Source of the DNA: Nemertoderma westbladi
Taxonomy: Eukaryota > Animalia > Xenacoelomorpha
Length of the DNA stretch: 64,000 bases
Assembly (NCBI GenBank): GCA_032718475.1
Contig: JAUCBJ010001606.1
Coordinates: 35,436 to 99,435, forward strand
Reading direction: 5' to 3'
Below the pieces are notes generated by a model. The model worked only from the letters and a program-made list of their open reading frames with translations. It was not told the origin of the DNA and ran no database searches. Position 1 is the first letter of the stretch, and each line of letters begins with the position of its first letter. A program made the translations under genes and the position numbers. Below, piece by piece: positions 11,197-20,557 of the stretch.

Positions 11197-11628
11197 GATA
11201 ACTAATTGTTGGTTACTACTTTTCTCTATTTTGGATTTTGTTATGGATTAATCAAGTTAAAATGTGGGGATCCCAAAACTAATTCGCAATTCTTAGAAAA
11301 TATTTTGTTTATTCTACATTATCCTTCCCTCGAAAAATAAAAAGAACATAATGTGGAAATAAAAATATAATATGTGGAGGGAGGCTGATGATTTGGGGCT
11401 GATGGTAACATACTGTGGGGTGAGGTTTCAACTCTATTTGGTGGTACGGTAGGGATATCTAATTTAATAATAATAATAATAATAATTAAAATATTTATAT
11501 AGCGCCTTTCCTAAATTAAGAGCAAGGCGCATGGCACTGTTAAAATGTAGGATTGCTAAAAAATTAGATAAAAACAGTTTAATTAAAAACGGACATTGAT
11601 AACATCGTGTGAACATGATTATGCAGAT

Positions 11629-14600
11629 TTACTCGTAATCCAGGTGGAAGTAGTGTGTTTTTAGCCTCGACTTAAAAACCGCGATGGTTGGTGATTGTCG
11701 AACGTTGAGTGGCAGTTTGTTCCAAATAGTCGGGGCAGCAACTGAGAAAGCGCGCTTGCCGTAGTGCACCATGTTGAATCTAGGGATCACCAGCAGTTCG
11801 TAGTGGGATGACTTCAGTGACCGGGAGGGCGTGTAGGGTGACAGTAGATCTCGCAGATATACTGGTGCTGTTCCATTCAGACACTTGTAGGTAATCATAG
11901 CAATTTTATAGTCTATCCGACGTTGCACTGGAAGCCAATGTAGTCGCATTAGTACAGGGGTCATTCGTTGCCTGTCACTTTTCTTGAGACCAACTAAAAG
12001 ACGCGCCGCACAGTTCTGCACATATTGTAGCTTTTTAATGGAATCAGTCGGAAGACCGTAATAAAGGGAGTTGCAGTTGTCCAATTTACTTGTGACAAGC
12101 GCATGAATCAAAATCTCAAGATTATCTTTGGATAAATAGCGCTTAATTTTTCCAAGATTCCTGAGGTGATAGAATGCTTCTCTGACAGTAATTCCAATGT
12201 GCTTGCGGAGTGTCAGATGAGAATCGATTTCAACACCGATATTACGCGCAGTTGCGCTACAACCAATAGTCTCGGAACCGATTATCACGTGCGGGGATTC
12301 AACTTGTTTACCGAATTGCGACTGCAGCATGACCACTTTAGTCTTATCTGAGTTCATCTTTAAAAGATGTGAGTCCATCCATGCTCGAACTTCGGAAAGG
12401 CACTTTTCAGTGATATCCACTGCATCATTCAGGTTTGATTTCTTAAATGTTATGTATATTTGAGTATCATCTGCGTAGAGATGTAGGGACAGTCCGTATT
12501 TCCTTATCACATTTGCGAGTGAACGTGTATAAATAGTAAATAGTATTGGGCCAAGTACTGATCCTTGTGGGAGGCCGTATCTTAATTGCTGAGGTTGAGA
12601 ATATGAGTTGTTAATGCGTACTTGTTGTGAGCGGCCCAACAAGTAGGATCGAAACCAATCTAGTGCTGTCCCTGCAATGCCGATCTCATGTTCCAGAGTA
12701 TTTAATAAGATACTGTGTTCGACAGTATCAAATGCAGCACTGAGATCGAGCATTATTAACAGTACTGCACAACCATCATCAATTCCCCTCAGAATCTCAT
12801 CGCTGACCCTAAGGAGTGCAGTTTCGGTTCCATGGAATGGTCTATAGGCACTTTGCATAGGCTCGTGTAGATTATGTAAGTTCAGATGGAGCATCAGTTG
12901 GTTTGCAACAGCTTTTTCAACTAACTTCGAAATGAACAAGAGGTTTGAAACAGGTCTAAAGTTTTTCAGTATCTCGGGGTCAAGGCGTAGCTTCTTGATA
13001 ATGGGATTGAGCACAGCTTCTTTAAATAATGATGGGAATGTAGCAGTTGTGAGTGATAAATTAATTATCATTGTAATGACACTTAAGAGAGTTGTAAGGT
13101 ATTGCTTCACAATATGTGTAGGGAGTGGATCACGGGGACTGGATTTGGGTTTTGAATCTTTGATAAGCTTGGCAACATCATCAGTTGATATTTCCTCGAA
13201 GTGATCAAGTTTTGGTACTGAAAAAGAGAATTGAGAGTCAGTTGGGCTACAATACTCTTCATCAGGGGCTACCTTGGCCCCAACCTCAGATTCAGCACTT
13301 CCGCAGTTCATAGTCTGATTTGGCAGATTTTGTCGAAATTCGATATCAACACCCAGCATTTCATCGCGAATATTTTCAATCTTTTTGTCGAAGTAGACTG
13401 CAAACCTTTCAGCTAACTCATATGCAGAGTCATGAGTCGGTAGGACATTACTTTTATGGTGAAGAATTTTGTCAACCACTGAGAAGAGCTTTCTATTATC
13501 ACCAATGTTTGAATCAATAATACCCCTGTAGAATTTCTCTTTTGTTGATATTAATAGCTGTGCCACGACATTACATTGTTGCCTGTAAGCATCACAGTCT
13601 ATCTGAAGTTGAGTCTTTCTATACCGGCGCTCGAGTCTCCTTCGCTTCCTTTTAGCCTCCATTATTGAATTATTGTACCACTTTGCCATGGGCTGAGATT
13701 TCGTGCACTTTTCAACAAGTGGTGCGTGAAGTTCGTAGAGGGACGATAGAATGTCATTGTACTGCCTTGATAACTCATTGACATTCGTTGCAGGACATCG
13801 GCATAATAGTGATGATTCAATATCAGTGCGAAGGTCACACCAGTTAGTCGATTTCGTATCTCTGTAGGATGTCACACAGGGTACTAGTGGAGGCTTTGAC
13901 AAGTTCAAATTAAAGCTGACTGCGAAGTGATCAGAAAGCCCAATGTCATGTACACAAATATTATCAACGAGTTGCAAGTCCTCAGAGTAGGTTAAGATCA
14001 GATCAAGGGTGTGTCCGTGTCGATGTGTTGGTTCCTCTACATGCTGTGTGAGTCCGAAGCAGCTAACAATCTCGAGAAATTTGCAGGCTTCCGCATTGCA
14101 ATTGTTGTCAACATGGAAGTTGAAATCGCCAATTATAATTAGCCTACCGGAGGAAGTTATCAGATTCTGAAGCAAATCGGCAAATTGGTCTAGAAATTGT
14201 GTATATGTGAAACCGTTAGCTGGGCTTGGGCAGGTCCGGTATATAATGAATATCCTAATTAAGGACCCCGAGTGGCGTAGGGTCAGCTCCATGTACTCAA
14301 AGGTTGGATATGTTGAACCATCAGAAGGACTGACCTTCATGCTCAGGGAGTCGCGATGGATACAGGCCACGCCACCGCCTCTTGTTCTGGTTCTTGGAAT
14401 GTGTTTTATAGAGCTACCCCTAGGACAGATATCATTTATGACCACATGATCCTGGATTGTACCTGTCAACCAAGTCTCAGTGATGGCAGTTATATCAATG
14501 GTATTCTCCAGAATGTAGTCTTTAATAAATTCTGCTTTGTTGTTCACAGACTGTGCATTATACAGTAATATACTGATTTTACTGGTAACCGCAGAAGGGG

Positions 14601-14964
14601 GGAGGCCCGGGAGGGTCATTGACCCCTGATCATTTCCATTAACACCAACAGCGGTAAAACACGACACATTATCATTAACCATAGTTAATCTTGGGGACAT
14701 TGACCTAATGGTTAAACACGACATGTTATCATTAAACATAGTTTTCCTTGGTGGCGTAGACCTCTGATTATTTCCGTTAACATTAACAGTGGTAAAACAC
14801 AACACATTATCCTGAAGCACAGTTGTCTTTGGGGACATTGGCCTCTTTAAAGTTAAACAGGACTCAATATCTTTGTCATTAGCAAACTGTGAACTGGGTA
14901 TATTTTCCTTTACGGGAATAATTGAAGTAGCTCCGGATTTCTTAACGGATTTAACATTAACCAA
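11629..14964 (-). CDS. LINE ORF2: AP endonuclease plus reverse transcriptase
   Basis: APE motifs YNAQSV, ITETWL, GGGVA, GDFNFH, TLDLI and SDHFAV. RT motifs NFRPVSNL, LDLSAAFDTV, GLPQGSVLGP and YADDTQ. No internal stops. Confidence 0.95.
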   Translation of the reverse strand: MVNVKSVKKSGATSIIPVKENIPSSQFANDKDIESCLTLKRPMSPKTTVLQDNVLCFTTVNVNGNNQRSTPPRKTMFNDNMSCLTIRSMSPRLTMVNDNVSCFTAVGVNGNDQGSMTLPGLPPSAVTSKISILLYNAQSVNNKAEFIKDYILENTIDITAITETWLTGTIQDHVVINDICPRGSSIKHIPRTRTRGGGVACIHRDSLSMKVSPSDGSTYPTFEYMELTLRHSGSLIRIFIIYRTCPSPANGFTYTQFLDQFADLLQNLITSSGRLIIIGDFNFHVDNNCNAEACKFLEIVSCFGLTQHVEEPTHRHGHTLDLILTYSEDLQLVDNICVHDIGLSDHFAVSFNLNLSKPPLVPCVTSYRDTKSTNWCDLRTDIESSLLCRCPATNVNELSRQYNDILSSLYELHAPLVEKCTKSQPMAKWYNNSIMEAKRKRRRLERRYRKTQLQIDCDAYRQQCNVVAQLLISTKEKFYRGIIDSNIGDNRKLFSVVDKILHHKSNVLPTHDSAYELAERFAVYFDKKIENIRDEMLGVDIEFRQNLPNQTMNCGSAESEVGAKVAPDEEYCSPTDSQFSFSVPKLDHFEEISTDDVAKLIKDSKPKSSPRDPLPTHIVKQYLTTLLSVITMIINLSLTTATFPSLFKEAVLNPIIKKLRLDPEILKNFRPVSNLLFISKLVEKAVANQLMLHLNLHNLHEPMQSAYRPFHGTETALLRVSDEILRGIDDGCAVLLIMLDLSAAFDTVEHSILLNTLEHEIGIAGTALDWFRSYLLGRSQQVRINNSYSQPQQLRYGLPQGSVLGPILFTIYTRSLANVIRKYGLSLHLYADDTQIYITFKKSNLNDAVDITEKCLSEVRAWMDSHLLKMNSDKTKVVMLQSQFGKQVESPHVIIGSETIGCSATARNIGVEIDSHLTLRKHIGITVREAFYHLRNLGKIKRYLSKDNLEILIHALVTSKLDNCNSLYYGLPTDSIKKLQYVQNCAARLLVGLKKSDRQRMTPVLMRLHWLPVQRRIDYKIAMITYKCLNGTAPVYLRDLLSPYTPSRSLKSSHYELLVIPRFNMVHYGKRAFSVAAPTIWNKLPLNVRQSPTIAVFKSRLKTHYFHLDYE

Positions 14965-15009
14965 TAAATTGGAGTCCCTGTCCTTATCATTAACTATTGA
15001 AACATCCAG

Positions 15010-16056
15010 TCAATCTCCACGTTCCGAATTGTGTCGATGTTCACTGCGACGAATAACTCGTGTATGCACTCCGTCAAGTTCAATTGGGGATGTAGGTACT
15101 ACGTGTGAGTTTGCTCGTGAGATATTACCGGTAGTTGGTCTAGCGACAGCGTTGGTGGAGTCTATGGCCGCCCGTTCGATGATGTTGTTGCGATATATGA
15201 CCCATTGTTTGTTAGGTTCCTCTGAGCGCTTCTTTTTTAGAGTTATTCTAAGCACGTACTGCTCGTGGGCTTGGGCGCGAGTGTAATCGGGATTTATATA
15301 GACTGTCCCGAACCGTTCCGAGTTCCTTAGTTTTTTTGCTGCTTTTAGTAGTTGTATGCGCTTATCAGGATTCAGAGTCACTATCATTTTCTCTCGGGTA
15401 TCACCGGAACTAGCTGCAGGTACCTTTATTCGTTTAAGACTGACGATACCCTCAGACAAATCCACCCCTACTTCGGCCGCGATATCGACAACAGTATCTT
15501 TATCGCTAATCGCGTCAGGAGAGAATATCCCAGATATTACGAGGTTGTCCATTCTCTCAGTTTGTAAGCGGGTTTCGTTTTGTACCTCCCGTGTAATAGC
15601 TACTACAGGAATGCTCCTGCTGATGGTTACCCCGGCGTAGGAATTCTTCTTCTCTGGGTCAACAACGTTTTTGCGCTTTCGCTGAACTATGGTGGCCCAC
15701 GAAGAGTCGACTTCCTGGATTTCAGTGGATGATTCATCCGATAACACTTCTTTAATAGTTACCATCTCGTCTACAGTTTTTTGAGCTTCGCTCTTTATAT
15801 CGTCGATTGCGTCGTTGAATTCTGTGCGCATTGATTTAATAGAAGTATTTACCGAAGACCGCAACCGATCCATACAGTCTTTATATTGCTTCGCGTCGTT
15901 GGCTACTTGTTGTGAGATTTTATCGATCTCGGCTTGTAGACGAGACTCCATCTCTGTTATTCCGTCCGTTAGTCGGGATATATGTCTGGCGGAGCACTGG
16001 CCACAATAAAACTGCACTTTGTTGAAGTCTATGGAGGTTTTCGTAATACATACCAC
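15010..16056 (-). CDS. LINE ORF1 (PHD-like remnant, coiled coil, RRM-like domain)
   Basis: FYCGQC, a long helical segment, then NLVISGI and LLKAAKKLR..VYINPDYT, typical of CR1/L2 ORF1. Start is a GTG, so the true 5' end is uncertain. Confidence 0.8.
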   Translation of the reverse strand: MVCITKTSIDFNKVQFYCGQCSARHISRLTDGITEMESRLQAEIDKISQQVANDAKQYKDCMDRLRSSVNTSIKSMRTEFNDAIDDIKSEAQKTVDEMVTIKEVLSDESSTEIQEVDSSWATIVQRKRKNVVDPEKKNSYAGVTISRSIPVVAITREVQNETRLQTERMDNLVISGIFSPDAISDKDTVVDIAAEVGVDLSEGIVSLKRIKVPAASSGDTREKMIVTLNPDKRIQLLKAAKKLRNSERFGTVYINPDYTRAQAHEQYVLRITLKKKRSEEPNKQWVIYRNNIIERAAIDSTNAVARPTTGNISRANSHVVPTSPIELDGVHTRVIRRSEHRHNSERGD

Positions 16057-16547
16057 AGCAGTGTCACACGTTGAATTTATTGGTAATTGTCTTAATTTAG
16101 TGGTGCAGTTTTGTTAGAGTTCGTGGCACACTGCTGATGAGGAGAACCACGAATCGCAGGGTTCAATGTTTAAATCTCCAAAACCCTTTTATTTTTATAA
16201 AATGTATTACTTAGACTTACTTACCTTTTCAGCGGACAAAATGTCCAATGTCCTATATTTTTCTTAATTGATGGGATAGCCATAGCCTATTCGTGCAATA
16301 TAGTACTTACCGTACCGGTCCGGTACTTGTATTATTACTGAATAATTCTTACATTTGTCTTATAGTACTGTAGGCCTACTACTTGTAGTTTGGTTTGGTG
16401 CATGCAGTTTTCCTTGTGGTATATTTATATTATTATATACATTGATATATTGAGATATTGCTAACCGATATTTGGGCATAAAAAACATGAACTTCAGAAG
16501 ATTCAAATGCTATTAAATTAAACAACAAATATCTAAGTGTTACTACG

Positions 16548-16685
16548 ACAGAGCCCCTAAAGGGACATACGAAAAAATTTTCTAACACGTGCGCATGTGA
16601 TAATTATACGTGATAGTATTATAATTAGTAATACATGTAACATGTATTATATATTTTTTTTCATGTCCCTTATAGGGGCTCCGTA
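16548..16685. mobile_element. Short MITE
   Basis: TIRs acagagcccctaaagggacat / atgtcccttataggggctccgt. Confidence 0.6.
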
Positions 16686-17475
16686 TTCTACAGTAGATTG
16701 TATATGAATACAATACCAAGTAAAACGATATACTGTACTAATAATATAAGTTATATAGGAATTTATTGCTAGTTATTACTTAGCGTTATGCATTGTTAAT
16801 AATTATATTTCGCATTTTATTGATATTCATTCGTTGATATACGTTCCATGAGTTCACATAATTATATATGGTGGCGAAGGCGGTGTTCCCTGGGCTTGGT
16901 TAGCTGGATACTATTACCAAATAAATATAGGGAATTTACCCAATGTTTAAACGGGGTTCGCTAAATGGTTGAGTAGCGGCCGCACCAACATTAGCAAGAT
17001 AAGGATCAGTAGATGAAGATGAAGCTTCATTTAGCAAATTAACTTACTAAAATAATATAATACATACAAATTAGGATACACGGAACGCTATTATTTATTT
17101 ATTTATTATTATATTATATTATTTATTTATGTTTAACTAGTTTATATGTATTTAGTAGTCAAACCAGATGTAAAAATATACTGGCCAGTTAGCCAGTACC
17201 GGTAGGTATCTACATAAAAACCAACAAATAAGAAAATAAACTAGTGGCTGGAAACCAGCAAGTTGTATGCAATCGGAGATCAGCTAAAATGTAGTCAACT
17301 GTTTGATAGTTTTCGCATGGGATGGGTATTATGAATAATTATCAACCCAAATGTCGTCAGTATAGTTCCAAAGGGAGAAGAAACATGTATACAGGCAATA
17401 CGCAACAAACCAACAACTACTGGGAAACTTGCCTATCAAACTTGCCGCTGTCAAATTTCAGTGTAACTCCCACCT

Positions 17476-17700
17476 TGCTCTAGTGGTAGTGATAGCATTG
17501 AATCCACATCACTACGGAGGTCGTGGCTTTGATCCCCGCATGGGGGCCAGGGCAATTTTCGTTTCGGCACGTTTAAAGGGTTTAGCCAGGGCGAATCTCT
17601 GCTCTGCATCCTTAAATGGTAGCTAATTGAGTACTATAATATCTAGACCGGACCGAGCCATGCTTGCATCCGGTTGTAGTTACATTGTTACCTTAGTTAC
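17476..17700 (+). mobile_element. Degenerate tRNA-derived SINE-like element
   Basis: A-box-like gctctagtggt and B-box-like ggctttgatccc followed by a non-tRNA body. Confidence 0.4.
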
Positions 17701-18381
17701 TCAGTACTTAGATAGTTATAAATATCTAAATATCCTGTTATTGTTATTTTGGTAATAATAAACAATGCTGTGCTACAATTATTATTGTAATAATTGTAAA
17801 TCGCAATTAAATCTATAAAATTATAATTATATGTTATATAGAGCAACTGTAGCTAAATGAGTACTGGAGTTTGCTCTGGGGGGTATAGTTAGGGGGGGGG
17901 GGGGGGGGCTCACTGTAATTACGTCGCCAGACTATGCGAAATCCCTGGCCTTACGGCCGAAGAAAACTTTTATTCTCAGTGGTCGAGCTACTAGGATAAC
18001 GAAAAATACTTATCCGAATCTGTTTATATAAATTTTATTATTTTTTTTAGAGGATTAAATGGTCCTTTATTAGATTAGATTAGATTAAATGGGTCCTTTT
18101 ACCGGCCACCACGGCGCGCTTGTAAAGAAACGTCTGTTACGAGTTTTCCGACAGAGTCTTTCTCATTTATATTTAAAAGTTGTCTTCCAAACCAGCTGTA
18201 GGCTATCCTCCGTTTTCCCGTATACAAGGATCAGATTCCTGAACACATACGGTCGGGTGTTGTGTACCATTATAATTGTGGAAGCTGCGATGCTGTTTTT
18301 TAGAATCTTTATTTCTTAAATCATGTAGTTTAAGTTATTTGCGCTTTTTATTGTTGCTTTAATAAGCTTCAGCTGTAATAC

Positions 18382-19839
18382 AACAACCATTTTCAGGGGG
18401 TCGGAGCCCCCCCCCTAATTTTTTTTCAAATTTCAATAAAATGCTACGAAATTCGGTATGATGATAGATCGACACCTTTTCTTACTGGTGGCCTGGCCGG
18501 ATTTTTCAATTTCACAGTTATTTCCATACAACACTCCCTTACAAAATGTCTATTTCGCAATGTTTAACCACCTACGTAGACTTTATTTTACGTCTTTGAA
18601 ATGTAATCTAGATATCATTCGAAACGCCTTCGTCTGCAGATTCCGAATCTGAAAACCGTTTTAAATCTAACCAAAAATTGGTAAAGATATTATCAAAATA
18701 CTAATGTGTAAATTCAGAGACGTAAAATCGCTATAATTCTGATGTTTTGTTGTCTTTATTCTAGAATATTAATTATTATTGTCTCTCTTATTCAATGCAA
18801 TCTATTAAAATAACCAAAATTAACACAACCAAATTAAATATATATATAAAGAGTTGATCGATAGAGTATTTCAGTATTATATGTTTATGTATACATTGTG
18901 TATACATTTGTTTATGTGGATCTCAACAGCTCGGCCGTGGGCTAGTATTGTGTCGTTATGTCTCGTCCACGAAGACCGGCCCCATCGCCAAACCCAAGTC
19001 CACGCCAAGATCTGCGACCACCACGGAGGCAAAGAGAACTCGATCTCAGCAGTGCAAATTGCAATCTCCGTCGAACGCCTCCCAACACGCTGGCGAGTCC
19101 GCGCTCACGCATTGGTTGATGCTTCCCCACCAGGACTTCTACAATGTGATTGATCAGTATCCTGGTTTCTGGACACCACACACCGTCTGTGGTACCCACG
19201 AGCGGAGTGAACGACATCCGTCGGTCTTCACAGACAGTGCGGTAGTGGCGCCTCTTATAGCTGCAGCGTTCTTCGAGGAGAGACTCGGTGGATCGATTGG
19301 CCTGGGCGTACGAGGTGGCGTCAGCGTTTATAATCGCAACATCTAACGACGCCACCCGTTGGTTCGCCCAGAGCCCTCGCGCTACTAAATCGGCTCGTAA
19401 TCGTTAATTGTTATTTAGCTGAGCGTTTAAAACTCTCCATCTTGTTTTTTCATTACCCATAATTAATATTCTAGAATTGAGTAAAAAAACATTAGAATTA
19501 TCCGATTTACGTCAAAAATTTTCACTTTTGAAATGAGTTCTTGGTGAAATTTACAGTACAACGGGATTCAGATTCAGAATCTGCAGGTGAAGGCGGATCT
19601 AATGATATCTAGATTTCATTCCAAAGACGAAAAATAAAGCTGACGGAGGTGGCTAAATATTGCGAAATAGACGATTATTAACGGCTTGTTGTATCGAAAT
19701 AGCTCATAAATTAAAAAATCCGGCCAGGCCACCAGTAAGAAAAGGTGTCGATCTATTATCATACCAAATTTCGTAGCATTTTATTGAAATTTGAAAAAAA
19801 ATAGGGGTGGGGGGCTCCGACCCCATATAAATGGTTGTT
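18382..19839. mobile_element. Foldback DNA element with ~400-bp inverted arms
   Basis: aacaaccatt..gggtcggagcc..gatagatcgacaccttttcttactggtggcctggccgg is mirrored by ccggccaggccaccagtaagaaaaggtgtcgatctat..ggctccgaccc..aatggttgtt. Confidence 0.85.
18870..19405 (-). mobile_element. 3' fragment of a CRE-like (restriction-like endonuclease) non-LTR retrotransposon nested in the foldback
   Basis: RADLVARGLW upstream, then LDVAIINADATSY..KRRHY..FTPLVGTTDG..LQFALLRSSSLCLRG, the PD-(D/E)xK RLE C-terminus of CRE-like elements. Confidence 0.75.
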
Positions 19840-19861
19840 TTTTTTAGGGTTATGGTGTATT

Positions 19862-20537
19862 TTCATATGGTTTAAACAATTGATATGTTCAGTCAAAATT
19901 TATACCTTTAAATTTTTATGGCGTTAATATTTAATATTAGAAATTAATCTAATGTAGAAAATTATTAATCAATGACAAAATCACTAGCAAGCAAAGCAAA
20001 ATTATTATTTTATTAAAGAAAGTAGCTTGTATATATTTTAGGACATGTTTTAATTACCAATTTTTTTTAAAAGTAAATTACAATAGTGCCGAAAATTGGG
20101 GATAACATGATGAGAAATGCGAATCAGTTAAATTTTGAGAAGGAATTAATATCTATAGAAAAGTTGCAGGAGCATAAAATCTAAAATGGAGAAAGAAAGA
20201 TATGAAAATGCAACTAAGAAAGAATATTTTGAACAGATTATGAAGAAAACTTTGCAATTGTTACTCAATGGACTATTTCGGCAATATTGAGCAGAACTGT
20301 ACAATATTTACTGTAGAGTTATTTTTTATGTACAAATCTATGATGGGACAACTCCCACAAACTCTTGAGTCAGTTACTAATAATTATATACTTTTTAGTT
20401 CAATAAAACATATTACCAATCACGCAGATATACTTTTGAACATTGTAACAATTATATAATGTTTTCTACTACAGTATTACGTAAAGAATTGGTCTAAATT
20501 ACGAGCAGTAAATCGATGGTTATATTATTATTGTTTC
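19862..20537. repeat. Left half of a duplicated spacer segment (homologous to 43320-43597)
   Basis: Shared blocks tatggtttaaaca.ttgatatgttcag, ttaccaatcacgcagatatactttt and aatcgatggttatattattattgtttc. Confidence 0.8.
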
Positions 20538-20557
20538 GACGTCTACACCTTTTTAAG

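Larger units (their letters stand above)
11466..16160 (-). mobile_element. Near full-length L2/CR1-group LINE
   Basis: ORF1 plus an intact APE-RT ORF2. The 3' end on the - strand is ggcgctatataaat followed by an (ATT)n tail (11466-11486), typical of L2. 5' boundary approximate; no clear TSD. Confidence 0.9.

Noticed and set aside
16210-16315. Two strong minus-strand splice-donor matches (aag|gtaagt, acg|gtaagt) that could belong to a 5' UTR exon of paralogue 1
   Set aside because: No homologous sequence seen upstream of paralogues 2 or 3 and no transcript evidence; short motifs occur by chance.
18055-18320. Possible retroelement 3' end with (attag)n tail and a short flanking duplication
   Set aside because: No diagnostic protein motif recovered; too weak to annotate.
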